A stretch of DNA of 64,000 bases from a virus. Both the position numbers and the translations under genes were made by a program. The stretch covers positions 1 to 64,000 of the IMG/VR virus record IMGVR_UViG_3300022666_000353. One strand, written 5' to 3'. Positions 53,997 through 63,209 of this stretch are shown piece after piece (position 1 is the stretch's first letter; the number at the start of each line of letters is the position of its first letter). The notes below the pieces were generated by a model. It made no database searches and was not told the origin of the DNA. It saw only the letters and a program-made list of their open reading frames with translations.

Positions 53997-54460
53997 TTTT
54001 GCACCCAAACTGTACGATACTCAGGAGCTTTAAGGTTTTCTTTGTAAACTTCTGACTGACTGTCCGCGCAGTACCCGGCAACCTGGTCAGCCATGTTGTT
54101 GTACCTATTCGGACCATGGGCTTTAATGTGTTCCGCAGAAATCCGATGACCGCCTTTATTAAGTGTATAAATAAGACGGGCCCAGATAGGTGTGTTTGTA
54201 GCCGGAGTAATTCCTAGCAGGACTTTGTTAATCCCACTGATAACATACGTACTGTCCGTCATAATTTTTACGTCACACGGCTCGGGTAGTTTGGCCAGGC
54301 CGCCAATAACCGCCTCAGTTTCCATGGCGTTATTCGTAACCAGACGGGCGTGACCACCCACAATAATGTGCCCGTCGTCTGAGACAATCACGGCAGCCCA
54401 GCCACCTTTACCTGGGTTACCCCTACTCGACCCGTCAGTCCAAATTTGTACTGATTTCAT
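53993..54460 (-). CDS. rnhA: Ribonuclease HI
   Basis: TDGSSRGNPGKGGW, TNNAMET, TDSTY, KAH...N..AD. Confidence 0.92.
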   Translation of the reverse strand: MKSVQIWTDGSSRGNPGKGGWAAVIVSDDGHIIVGGHARLVTNNAMETEAVIGGLAKLPEPCDVKIMTDSTYVISGINKVLLGITPATNTPIWARLIYTLNKGGHRISAEHIKAHGPNRYNNMADQVAGYCADSQSEVYKENLKAPEYRTVWVQK

Positions 54461-54652
54461 TTACACCTCGTCGGAGTTGCCCATCGTGGCCAAAATAAAC
54501 TGAAGGGTCTGACCCAGAAGATTTTCTAACTGTTCGTCCGTAATTCCCATAGACTCAGCTAACATCCTCTGCTGTGCTGGGACTTTCAAATCAACGGTCA
54601 ACACGGCGTACACAGGGTCTTTAAGTACAACCTTTAGCTTTGCTGGTTTCAT
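54461..54652 (-). CDS. Hypothetical protein
   Basis: ATGA coupling. Confidence 0.65.
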   Translation of the reverse strand: MKPAKLKVVLKDPVYAVLTVDLKVPAQQRMLAESMGITDEQLENLLGQTLQFILATMGNSDEV

Positions 54653-54942
54653 ACAACTAACCGTCCTAATCTTGTGATAACCGACACGTCCAAACTTTCT
54701 GGAGGAAGTTTCATACGTACGTACAGGGCCTCACGATAAGCTCGTTCTAATGCAGGTGTGACAAGGGGCTTTCCTGCCAACTCTCCCAGGTCGGCCCCCT
54801 GTCCTTTCAAGCGCATTGCAGCACCGTACGCGGCAGCGATGTATATCAAAAGGTCGTACGACGGGTCGTCACTTTCTACCGTTAAAAAACCGTCAGTAAC
54901 CGCCTTAGCGACCTCTTGAATACTCGCGCCGTAAGCTGCCAT
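54649..54942 (-). CDS. Hypothetical protein
   Basis: TAATG coupling with ssb. Confidence 0.7.
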   Translation of the reverse strand: MAAYGASIQEVAKAVTDGFLTVESDDPSYDLLIYIAAAYGAAMRLKGQGADLGELAGKPLVTPALERAYREALYVRMKLPPESLDVSVITRLGRLVV

Positions 54943-55343
54943 TAGAACGCGTATTCCTCGTCGTCGTCATCTTTTGAAGGCTTCGACTGGCCGGAGCCGC
55001 TCTTACCAGAAAGTTTCTTAAAGTCTTGCAGGGTGAACGTGGGGTACTCGCGTTCTTCCCCATCTTCAGTCTTGCCTTTCTGGAGGGAAAACTCCGTGGT
55101 TACGATGACCTTGTCACCTTTCTTCAGCAGCTTGTTAACGGTCTCAGCCTGCGGACCCCAAGACGTTACGCGTATCCACGTCGTCTCCTCACGACCCTCG
55201 GCCCCATCCTTTCCGGGAATCCACTTCGTAACCGCGATTGAAAAATTTGTAACCGCCCGGCCAGACGCCAGATAACGCATCTCCGGGTCCCGGCCTAAGT
55301 TTCCAATAAACTGACACTGGTTTGCTAAATTAGCGAACGCCAT
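54942..55343 (-). CDS. ssb: Single-stranded DNA-binding protein
   Basis: IGNLGRDPEMRY...FSIAV...TTW...LKKGD; acidic tail DDDDEEYAF. Confidence 0.95.
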   Translation of the reverse strand: MAFANLANQCQFIGNLGRDPEMRYLASGRAVTNFSIAVTKWIPGKDGAEGREETTWIRVTSWGPQAETVNKLLKKGDKVIVTTEFSLQKGKTEDGEEREYPTFTLQDFKKLSGKSGSGQSKPSKDDDDEEYAF

Positions 55344-55370
55344 TACAACACTCTCCTTTCGGGACGCATC

Positions 55371-55400
55371 TTTACATAAGTTATGTTTCTGTGCTATAAT
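55371..55400 (+). promoter_or_regulatory. Promoter at the divergence point into the late arm
   Basis: TTTACA-18-(TGc)TATAAT. Confidence 0.65.
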
Positions 55401-55440
55401 TATATAATGGTTTTAATAATTTGTAAAGAGGGAAAAATTT

Positions 55441-55686
55441 ATGGGTGTAGACTACAAACTAGAAAGCACGTTGTTAGACCGTCTGTTGTTGATAAACCTG
55501 ATTAAGCAGCTAACGGCGAAACAACAGGCCACTGTTGCCCTACGAGCAGCCGGCTACAAACACAAAGAGATTGGTGCGATTTTTGGAATGACGCCTGCGT
55601 CAATCGGGTTCATTGAACGCCACGCCTTGCTCAGACTCCAACAACTTATACGGGAACAAAGCAATGACACAATCACACTTTCATAG
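55441..55686 (+). CDS. Sigma70 region-4-like HTH protein (candidate late regulator)
   Basis: LTAKQQATVALR..GYKHKEIGAIFGMTPASI...ALLRL. Confidence 0.75.
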   Translation: MGVDYKLESTLLDRLLLINLIKQLTAKQQATVALRAAGYKHKEIGAIFGMTPASIGFIERHALLRLQQLIREQSNDTITLS

Positions 55687-55936
55687 TTGCATGGCTTGTG
55701 GGAAAACAATCACGTGGGCATTCGCAATATGCGAAGACTGTGAGCGTATTTACGGAACGCGTACCCCACAGTGGCCGGAGTGGTTAAAGTTTCTGTGGCG
55801 TGACGAAGCGCGTAAACGCAGGCAAGCAAAACGTCGTAGCCAGTTCGAAGTTGCAGTAGACGCAGAGGTTCTCGACAACTTACGGGAAGAGGAATCAGGA
55901 CGCAAAATTGCCGCACTCTTCGAAGAAATGAAATAA
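55664..55936 (+). CDS. Zn-finger protein
   Basis: CMAC/CEDC. Confidence 0.65.
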   Translation: MTQSHFHSCMACGKTITWAFAICEDCERIYGTRTPQWPEWLKFLWRDEARKRRQAKRRSQFEVAVDAEVLDNLREEESGRKIAALFEEMK

Positions 55937-56083
55937 CAAATTTGCGTGGAAATTTTCACGCAAATTGCAGTGCCGCACGTGAAGGTAGTTTAGATTTTTC
56001 ATGCAATTCTATGAAAAAACAAAATTGCAATATCTGCCCACAAAAAACCAGTGTATTTGCACAGTTTTTTGCAAAGGAGTGTT

Positions 56084-56899
56084 ATGAGTAACGACATCGT
56101 TCCAAAAGGGGAACCTATTACAAGCGACGAGGAGTGGCAGTCGATTGTTGAAAAGTTAGTTAACGAACTAAGGCCGTCAGAACTACCTGACAAAGTGGTT
56201 CGTGCAACAGAATATCTTCTTTCAGGCTGGCCGCGTTATAAGGTGGCTCGTCAACTGCACGTTGACACAGCGACGATACGCAACTGGATTACGGAGTACC
56301 CCAGTGTGGCAGCTACGCTGGCGCTTAGAGACAAGCTGCTCACTAAGTGGAGACTGGGAAAACTAGAACAGCAGTTCCAGCTTGCCATGGAGCGGTCGGA
56401 AGAAATTCTCAACATGGAGTTGGACGGAACCTACGTCAACAGGGACGGAGAAAAGAGCTACGCAAATCCGAAGGTTCTACCGGTTCTTGCAGCGCAGGTG
56501 CGTTACATGATTGGCCTGGCGGTAGGACAGAAACTGGATATTCGCGTAACACACGAGATGGGGGAGACTGTGCTTAAGGCGCGACAGGATGCGCTTGATT
56601 ACCTGGCGGACAGGCTGTCTGAAAAAGACGAACCGGTAGAAGTTACGTACCGCGTTATTGACGAGAGAAGAGACACAGTGGGACCGGTGTTAAACGAACA
56701 CGGTGAGCCGCCATTCGGGAAGATGGGTGAACTCGACACCAACGAAGAGGGCACACAGTGCCACGTGTGCGGAAAACGGTTTAACGGTACAGGGCTTGTC
56801 AAACACATATCAGCCGCGCACGACACGACCGTAGAGGATTACGAACTGCTCTACATGCTTCCTGAAGGAGCCGTTCGTAGCCTGGGCAGGGACATTTAG
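56084..56899 (+). CDS. Probable terminase small subunit (HTH plus C-terminal C2H2 MucR-like finger)
   Basis: KVARQLHVDTATIRNW HTH; QCHVCGKRF...KHI...H; directly upstream of TerL. Confidence 0.6.
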   Translation: MSNDIVPKGEPITSDEEWQSIVEKLVNELRPSELPDKVVRATEYLLSGWPRYKVARQLHVDTATIRNWITEYPSVAATLALRDKLLTKWRLGKLEQQFQLAMERSEEILNMELDGTYVNRDGEKSYANPKVLPVLAAQVRYMIGLAVGQKLDIRVTHEMGETVLKARQDALDYLADRLSEKDEPVEVTYRVIDERRDTVGPVLNEHGEPPFGKMGELDTNEEGTQCHVCGKRFNGTGLVKHISAAHDTTVEDYELLYMLPEGAVRSLGRDI

Positions 56900-56913
56900 C
56901 ACAAACTGTGTCC

Positions 56914-56933
56914 AAATCGTTTGGAGGGTGCAG
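56914..56933 (+). promoter_or_regulatory. Candidate late-promoter motif, copy 1
   Basis: AAATCGTTTGGAGGGTGCAG upstream of terL. Confidence 0.55.
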
Positions 56934-56960
56934 TGACATTTTTCTTGTGGAAAACATAAT

Positions 56961-58889
56961 ATGAGAGCTGAACAATTACAAAGCCTAACAAAACGCGACC
57001 CGCTGGCCTTCGGAGTAGCTTACGTAGATTTACTGGAAGACCGACACTGGGAAGTATCAACCAGGGCGTGGGCTACAGAAATATACCAGGCAGTCAACCC
57101 GTGGTATATAGAGCGTGACCCAATTGGACGCGCCCGGCGCTTGGTGGTTACGAAATCAACGCAGGCCGGTATCAGTACAATGGCACTTACGAAGATGCTG
57201 CACTTTGCCACCAACTGGCCTGTCCGTATTTTCTACACACTGCCGCGCCAGCAAGATGTGCTGGACATGGTAACCACACGTATGGACCCGATGATTGCAG
57301 CGTCACCGTACCTGCGGTCCAAACTTGGACAACCAGACAGCGCACATGCCAAGAGAATAGGTGATAGCTATGTATTCTTTATGGAGCTCAGTGTAGAGCC
57401 CCGTATGATGCCGGCTGATTCGTTGTTCGTGGACGAGGTTGACCTGAGTAACCCGGACTTTATGAGCACGGCGCTCAACCGCCTGGATGCTTCCAGATGG
57501 AAACTATCAACCTATCTATCCACGCCTACTGTACCCAATTATGGCATCCACGGTCTATACAATGCGTCTGATATGCGCCAGTGGTTCGTTAAGTGCCCGG
57601 CATGTAATCACGAACAGACGCTTGACTGGGAACAGAACCTCCGAGTTGTGGGTGCACAAAACAATCCTACGCGTGTGTACTACGCATGTACTCAGTGCGG
57701 GGAAGAGTTGACGGTTCCGCACATACAGACCGGGCGTTGGGTAGCCGAACATCCAGAACGCTCTGACGACGTTGTTGGGTACCATGTCCACCAGATGCTC
57801 ACTACACCCGCATGGGACATGTACAAAATATACAGAGACCCCCAGACTAAATTGGTGGAGTTCTACCGCAAGCGATTAGGCAAACCGTATGAAATTGGCG
57901 GAGGGTCTCTCGAGCGGGACGACATCCTGGCTACCTGCTTTGATGCACCATACGACCCGGAGCCGGGATGGGACGGTAAGTCTACGTACTACCTCGGGGC
58001 TGACCAGGGAAACGAACTTCAGGTGCTGGTGTCCAAAGTCGATAAAAATAGTCGCAGACCGAAGATTGTGCATATCGAACTCATTCCGATGAACAAAGGG
58101 TTTGATAGGCTTGCGCAACTTATTGACCTGTACCACGTTCGAAAGGCTGTTGTAGATGGAAGTCCAAACCGGCATGAATCTATACGGTTGGTAAAACGCT
58201 TCCCGGGACGGGTGTTGATTGCAGACTACATTGAACAGAAAGAACCTTACATTGCCAAACGCGGAATGAAAGAGTTCCCCGACGTTCTTACAAATGTAAC
58301 CATCAACCGAACAACAGGGTTCGATGGACTGATGGCGTCTATTAAAGACGGGCAGTGGCAACTTCCAGGAACACCACCCAACCTAAGCCCAGACGTTGAG
58401 TTAGTGATTGACCATCTCACCGCGCTTAAACGCGACATCGAAACCAGGCGCACACAATCCGGCGAAACCCAGGTGGCCGTGTGGCGTAAGCTACGAGCAG
58501 AGCACCTCGCGCACGCCTGGTTATACATGAAAACCGCGATGGAAGTAGAGAAGGGTCGCACCATGCGTGTCGCAGTTATTGGTAGCCATACTGCATCCGA
58601 ACCCACGCCTGATACGGGAGACGTGTACAGACCAAAAGACGAAACCATCGTGGGTATAACAGAGTTCCTGGCTGAAGTTCCCAAAGAGCAGCTATCAGAG
58701 TTTTTGGGGCACTACGCAGCAGGAGAACAATACGACCTGCCGTTCCCGTTATCCTATAAACTTAAGCGTGTTCTGGACCAGGGTTACGAAGACCAGGACA
58801 TTGCTTGGGTCATGGAACTTTTAATAAACCAGAAGAAAAGCGCACCGAAGGTATTGACAGTTGATAGAAACGATGCTATAATTATATAG
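56961..58889 (+). CDS. terL: Terminase large subunit (GpA-like)
   Basis: KSTQAGIST Walker A, VDEVD Walker B, STPT, CPAC/CTQC, GADQG nuclease motif. Confidence 0.92.
   Translation: MRAEQLQSLTKRDPLAFGVAYVDLLEDRHWEVSTRAWATEIYQAVNPWYIERDPIGRARRLVVTKSTQAGISTMALTKMLHFATNWPVRIFYTLPRQQDVLDMVTTRMDPMIAASPYLRSKLGQPDSAHAKRIGDSYVFFMELSVEPRMMPADSLFVDEVDLSNPDFMSTALNRLDASRWKLSTYLSTPTVPNYGIHGLYNASDMRQWFVKCPACNHEQTLDWEQNLRVVGAQNNPTRVYYACTQCGEELTVPHIQTGRWVAEHPERSDDVVGYHVHQMLTTPAWDMYKIYRDPQTKLVEFYRKRLGKPYEIGGGSLERDDILATCFDAPYDPEPGWDGKSTYYLGADQGNELQVLVSKVDKNSRRPKIVHIELIPMNKGFDRLAQLIDLYHVRKAVVDGSPNRHESIRLVKRFPGRVLIADYIEQKEPYIAKRGMKEFPDVLTNVTINRTTGFDGLMASIKDGQWQLPGTPPNLSPDVELVIDHLTALKRDIETRRTQSGETQVAVWRKLRAEHLAHAWLYMKTAMEVEKGRTMRVAVIGSHTASEPTPDTGDVYRPKDETIVGITEFLAEVPKEQLSEFLGHYAAGEQYDLPFPLSYKLKRVLDQGYEDQDIAWVMELLINQKKSAPKVLTVDRNDAIII
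58854..58882 (+). promoter_or_regulatory. Strong sigma70 promoter at the end of terL
   Basis: TTGACA-17-(TGc)TATAAT. Confidence 0.85.
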
Positions 58890-59570
58890 CATTATTTAAA
58901 ATTGTTAGGTTGGTCAGTAAACCTAACGCACATACAGCAACACACCTCGCTGGGTGGGCCAAGTTTCTGCGGAAGCGCGTAGGCTCCCCCCGGGAAGCGG
59001 CTGACGCGGCACCGGTTCCTGTACTTCCTCGTTATCACGATAGTGCAGAGACAAACTGGCGGTACGTTGACTGGGCTTTGCCGCCCGCTCAACATCACAG
59101 GCTCACCCCAGAGTGAGCGAAACGAGTCTGTGTCCAACTTAAAGCTCACAAACCACCCGAACCCCCCGTCCTGCTTGGGGGCGTAGCGAAGACCCGATGA
59201 CACAACGTCGGTCACCTGATAACGGCAGACCTGGGCAGGTCAATATAAGCTACGCTTTGAATGCAAACATTCTTAACCTCCCCCGGATAGGGGGATTCTA
59301 CCTACCTGCCGAGGTGACGAGTACGTTATACCCGACGCAGTACGTCATATCTGTATAAAGGAACTAACAGATATAAGACACAGGGCGGCAGGTGTGAAGA
59401 TACCCATACTGCGCTGTGACTATCTTATACAGTTAGTTTCATTAGCACATTTATTCTAAGATAGTACGAATGAATAATAGGCCGCTGTGTAATCTTATTA
59501 TTATTTTTATGTACCGTCAGGTAGATTGTTACACAGTCAACCCCTGTGACTAAGGGATAGTTATACCTAT
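58890..59570 (+). other. Hairpin-dense non-coding tract (long leader, ncRNA or origin)
   Basis: No credible ORF; about nine stems seen by eye. Confidence 0.55.
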
Positions 59571-59585
59571 TTTTATGGAGGTGGT

Positions 59586-59870
59586 ATGTTTTTAGTGACG
59601 AACAAACAGGTTGAGACGTTTGTACGAAAACTCCTGGAGGAAGAACGCGGCGCTTTTGGCGACGTGGTAGAGGCGGCTATTCAGCACATGCTTAAGGACA
59701 GATTGCCAGATTATGTGCATGAGCTGGACCCAAAGAAATCTTACATCCTTGTTTTGCCGGAGAGCCTGCCATCGGATGATGTGCAGACGCTGTTGAAATC
59801 GCTGCGCGATGTGGATGTTAACCTTTTTGTAGTTCAGTCCGACAGTGTGAAAATCGTGGAGTTTAACTAA
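59586..59870 (+). CDS. Hypothetical protein
   Basis: SD GGAGG. Confidence 0.75.
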   Translation: MFLVTNKQVETFVRKLLEEERGAFGDVVEAAIQHMLKDRLPDYVHELDPKKSYILVLPESLPSDDVQTLLKSLRDVDVNLFVVQSDSVKIVEFN

Positions 59871-60496
59871 TGGCGGATAAAAGTATTTGTTACCTGGATA
59901 TTGAGACCAGCGGTTTGTACCCGAACTCCGGGCATGTTATTCTGTCTATTGGAGCTGTGGTTGACCGCGGCACCAAGAAGAACCCTATCGCTGAGTTTTA
60001 CGTAGAGATTGCACCAACGGCTGCGCAGTGGCAGCACGCTGCTGATGCAGCCTTACGTGTTAACGGCATGACTTGGGAGCGGCTTCAGCAGAATGGTAAG
60101 CCTTTTAACCAGGCGTCCGACGAGTTCTCTGCGTTCCTCGTAGAGAACAAAGTAAAAACAGGTAAGGCCGTCATTGTTGGGCACTACCCTGCGTTCGATA
60201 TGGGTTTTCTCGAACACTATATGCGCGGAGCACTGGACTTCATTGACTTCCCAACCTCGGCTGAGGACGTTATTGATGTGTTCGACCTCTATTCCATTCT
60301 TATGAACCGGCGTGTTGTTCCCTTCTTGAACCGCAGGCGTGGTGAAATGACGGCTAAAACTGTGGCGCGAAACCTAGGGGTTCAGGAGGAGCCGGAAGTT
60401 CACAATGCTCTTGAAGGTGCCCGCCTTGCGCAGAGGAACTACGAACGTGCGATGTCGTTGATAAACACAGGTGGTCAAGATGGTACAACGGGGTAA
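59870..60496 (+). CDS. DEDDh 3'-5' exonuclease
   Basis: LDIETSG, GHYPAFD, HNALEGA. Confidence 0.88.
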   Translation: MADKSICYLDIETSGLYPNSGHVILSIGAVVDRGTKKNPIAEFYVEIAPTAAQWQHAADAALRVNGMTWERLQQNGKPFNQASDEFSAFLVENKVKTGKAVIVGHYPAFDMGFLEHYMRGALDFIDFPTSAEDVIDVFDLYSILMNRRVVPFLNRRRGEMTAKTVARNLGVQEEPEVHNALEGARLAQRNYERAMSLINTGGQDGTTG

Positions 60497-60503
60497 TAAA
60501 AAT

Positions 60504-60824
60504 ATGGCGATACTAACAGGAGAACCCGTTCGTGTTTATATAGAGACGAAGGACGGTGCTGTACGAGAAATAACCGGGCACGTTATTTCCGTTAGCATAT
60601 CCCCGTCTTACAGCGATATGGTAGAAGCAACGTTTTCTGTTCTGAGCGACAACATTAGCTTTCTTGAGCCAGCACAGATGAGCGACGTTGTCAACGACGC
60701 CCGTACTGCAAAAGAGTGGAGGTGCCCACATTGTGGGAATGTTAACCCACGTTCGGCAAGGTACTGTGGTGCCGCGGACTCCAGCATGGGCTGCCGCGCC
60801 GCCAGGCCGTTCTTATATAGTTAA
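60504..60824 (+). CDS. Protein with C-terminal RanBP-type Zn finger
   Basis: WRCPHCGNVN...YC...C. Confidence 0.7.
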   Translation: MAILTGEPVRVYIETKDGAVREITGHVISVSISPSYSDMVEATFSVLSDNISFLEPAQMSDVVNDARTAKEWRCPHCGNVNPRSARYCGAADSSMGCRAARPFLYS

Positions 60825-60867
60825 GGTACGCTGGCTAACAAACTAAATTAAGGTACCCCTGTAGCAC

Positions 60868-60900
60868 AAAAAAGACCTCATAATCGGGGTCTTTTTTATT
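60868..60900. terminator. Bidirectional intrinsic terminator
   Basis: AAAAAAGACCTC-ataatc-GGGGTCTTTTTT. Confidence 0.8.
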
Positions 60901-60910
60901 TTCCTTGTGA

Positions 60911-60930
60911 AAACCGTTTGAAGAGTGCAG
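60911..60930 (+). promoter_or_regulatory. Candidate late-promoter motif, copy 2
   Basis: AAACCGTTTGAAGAGTGCAG upstream of portal. Confidence 0.55.
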
Positions 60931-60967
60931 GGAAAAACTATGTGTAGACCAATAGGGGAGGCATAAG

Positions 60968-62584
60968 GTGCCGTCGATTTATAGTGTCCGTAAGAAGAAA
61001 CAGAATAGTGTAGCAATCACACGGTCACCTAGCCCTGTTATGGTCGGCGGTCAGTCGTTCTTAAGTCGTGACCTAAACCCAACCATTCTCCGCTTCGTAG
61101 AGTTCTGGGAACTGATTGACGTTGTAGAAAAGCATGGATACCTACGGGCGGCCATGTCCGTTGTTGGTCGTTCTACGGTGGGGACCTGGTGGACACTTCG
61201 CAGACATGCGGAGTACGGAAAACGTGCGCCAGACAGGCACCGTCGCCGGCTGATTAATTTTTATATGCCGAATAAAAAGGAATGGAACAACATCAAGGAT
61301 TTCCAGACCTTTGCGTATAAGCTGATGATTGGCGCGATGTATTTAAAATTAGTGGGGCAGGTTGCGTATCACATTATACGTGACGCCAACAATCAGGCGG
61401 TTGGTCTTGACCACCTGCCAGGATTAGTTATCCCTAACGTTGACAGCAGCGGCTATTTTAAAACCCCCGCGTTTGTTCAGTACCCAACCAAAAATCCCAA
61501 AGACGCTGTATTCTTCAACAACCCCCGTGACATTGTTTTTATTACAACGCCAGACTGGCGCGGTTCTCCTATGGGTGGTTCAGACATCGAGGCGCTGACA
61601 GAGTATATACTCCCGCTGGATATTTACCTGCAAGTGGCTGCCCGCGATTACATGAAGAACCGTGACAAGCCAGAGGTGGTGTACGAGTTAGCTCCTGATA
61701 TTAGTGAAGAGGGGTTCAACAATTTTGTAGAGGAGCTCAATGCCCGTCACTCTGGTCCTGCGAACATGGGTCGTAACCCCATTGCGGTACAGGGCGAATT
61801 TAAAGTACACGAGCTGCGACCGTACCCCAACTCACTGCCGTACCAGGATTCTCGTAAGGCTGCTCGGGAGGAAGAGCTGGCTGTGGCCGGCGTCAGCGGT
61901 GCCAAAATGGGCATCTCTGACCAGATGGCCAGTGCCAACATTCGTGAGTTGCGCCGCGAGTTCCATGAAACTTCGATGCGCCCGTTATTCCGGCTTATCG
62001 AAATCGCGTTTTACGAACAGATACACGTGCGTGAGTTTGGGTTTATGGGGTGGGAGTTCACATTCAGCAACCCAGATTTCCTGAGCGCCGTTGAGCGTGC
62101 CACTGTGGACATGCGGTATCACGATATGGGTGTTCTTACTCCAAACGAAATTCGTCACGACAGCTTGGATAAAGAGCCGCGCAAGGACGAACAGGGTGAT
62201 ATGTACGTAGACCAGGGGTCGGACGCGGAAGACTCAGAACCGACAGATTACCCAGGCAGTCCTCCAGAAGGCAGACCGGTAGAACCTGACGACCCATCGC
62301 AAACCGGTGAACCCACGCTGGACGACCAAGACCCACCGAGAGGGGACGGTCACGATGAAACGACACGTGACAACGTTCTGCGCGAACTACGTCAGTGGCG
62401 TACTTTTGTTATTCGACGTATGCGTTATGGACGTAAGACACGAGATTTCAATACTCGGGAAATTCGCCCAGAATTGCGTGACTTAATTAAAGAATACGTG
62501 GGCAGGGCTGTGTCTCCGTCGGAGGTGACGCAGATATTCAATGAGGTTATCGAAGCAGTAGAGGAGGCTTACGATGCAAGCTAA
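60968..62584 (+). CDS. Portal protein (HK97-like)
   Basis: G.S.IEAL, GPANMGR, GVLTPNEIR; position after terminase. Confidence 0.88.
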   Translation: MPSIYSVRKKKQNSVAITRSPSPVMVGGQSFLSRDLNPTILRFVEFWELIDVVEKHGYLRAAMSVVGRSTVGTWWTLRRHAEYGKRAPDRHRRRLINFYMPNKKEWNNIKDFQTFAYKLMIGAMYLKLVGQVAYHIIRDANNQAVGLDHLPGLVIPNVDSSGYFKTPAFVQYPTKNPKDAVFFNNPRDIVFITTPDWRGSPMGGSDIEALTEYILPLDIYLQVAARDYMKNRDKPEVVYELAPDISEEGFNNFVEELNARHSGPANMGRNPIAVQGEFKVHELRPYPNSLPYQDSRKAAREEELAVAGVSGAKMGISDQMASANIRELRREFHETSMRPLFRLIEIAFYEQIHVREFGFMGWEFTFSNPDFLSAVERATVDMRYHDMGVLTPNEIRHDSLDKEPRKDEQGDMYVDQGSDAEDSEPTDYPGSPPEGRPVEPDDPSQTGEPTLDDQDPPRGDGHDETTRDNVLRELRQWRTFVIRRMRYGRKTRDFNTREIRPELRDLIKEYVGRAVSPSEVTQIFNEVIEAVEEAYDAS

Positions 62585-62885
62585 TAATGGCTGGTTGTGC
62601 CCAAAGTGTGGGCACGTGCTAGGCAAGATGTTGGGTGGGGAATTATACCCGTCATCTGACGCGGTGGATGTACACACTGCGGGTCCCAATCTGAACGTTA
62701 CTTGTCCAGATTGTGGGAACGTAAAAGTGTTCTACACCAGTGACCCTGTTGTTCGTGCTGTTTATCAGTTGACTGGTGCAGTGGCTGACGTTGCAGCGCG
62801 GAGCATGATTGCGCAGGTAGGTCGGTCTCTTCATACCGACGTTCCTGAAATTTTACAGGGTCTAAAGGACAAAACAAATTCGTGA
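62574..62885 (+). CDS. Zn-ribbon protein (Mu Com-like)
   Basis: CPKCGHVLG...CPDCG. Confidence 0.7.
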   Translation: MQANNGWLCPKCGHVLGKMLGGELYPSSDAVDVHTAGPNLNVTCPDCGNVKVFYTSDPVVRAVYQLTGAVADVAARSMIAQVGRSLHTDVPEILQGLKDKTNS

Positions 62886-62903
62886 TTTTGTTTTTTCCAC
62901 GTG

Positions 62904-62919
62904 AAATCGTTTGAAGAGT
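62904..62919 (+). promoter_or_regulatory. Candidate late-promoter motif, copy 3
   Basis: AAATCGTTTGAAGAGT. Confidence 0.5.
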
Positions 62920-62931
62920 TTAGGAGTTTAG

Positions 62932-63198
62932 ATGGCGAAAAACATCACAGTCAAGTATCGGGCCGGAACTGCGTACGCCAGGGGAACAACCATTGACCCT
63001 TATTTGACGGACGAGGACCGCGAGGTACTTTATGAAAAGTGGGACAATGCCTGGGGTTATCCACAGGAGTTTCATGGTGGGGACACAGCCATTACGTGTG
63101 AAATGGTCATTGAAGTTAGTGAGGGTAACCTCGCTAAGGTCTTTGGAAAATCACGCGCCGGAAGAATTTTAACTGCGGCACGTAGCAACGCTGGATAA
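62932..63198 (+). CDS. Hypothetical protein
   Basis: SD AGGAG. Confidence 0.75.
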   Translation: MAKNITVKYRAGTAYARGTTIDPYLTDEDREVLYEKWDNAWGYPQEFHGGDTAITCEMVIEVSEGNLAKVFGKSRAGRILTAARSNAG

Positions 63199-63209
63199 GG
63201 GGATAACAA

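Noticed and set aside
1236-54000. Most plus-strand ORFs within the minus-strand arm (e.g. 20996-21640, 28225-28770, 32155-32757, 37549-38118)
   Set aside because: Antisense shadows of SD-bearing, tightly tiled minus-strand genes
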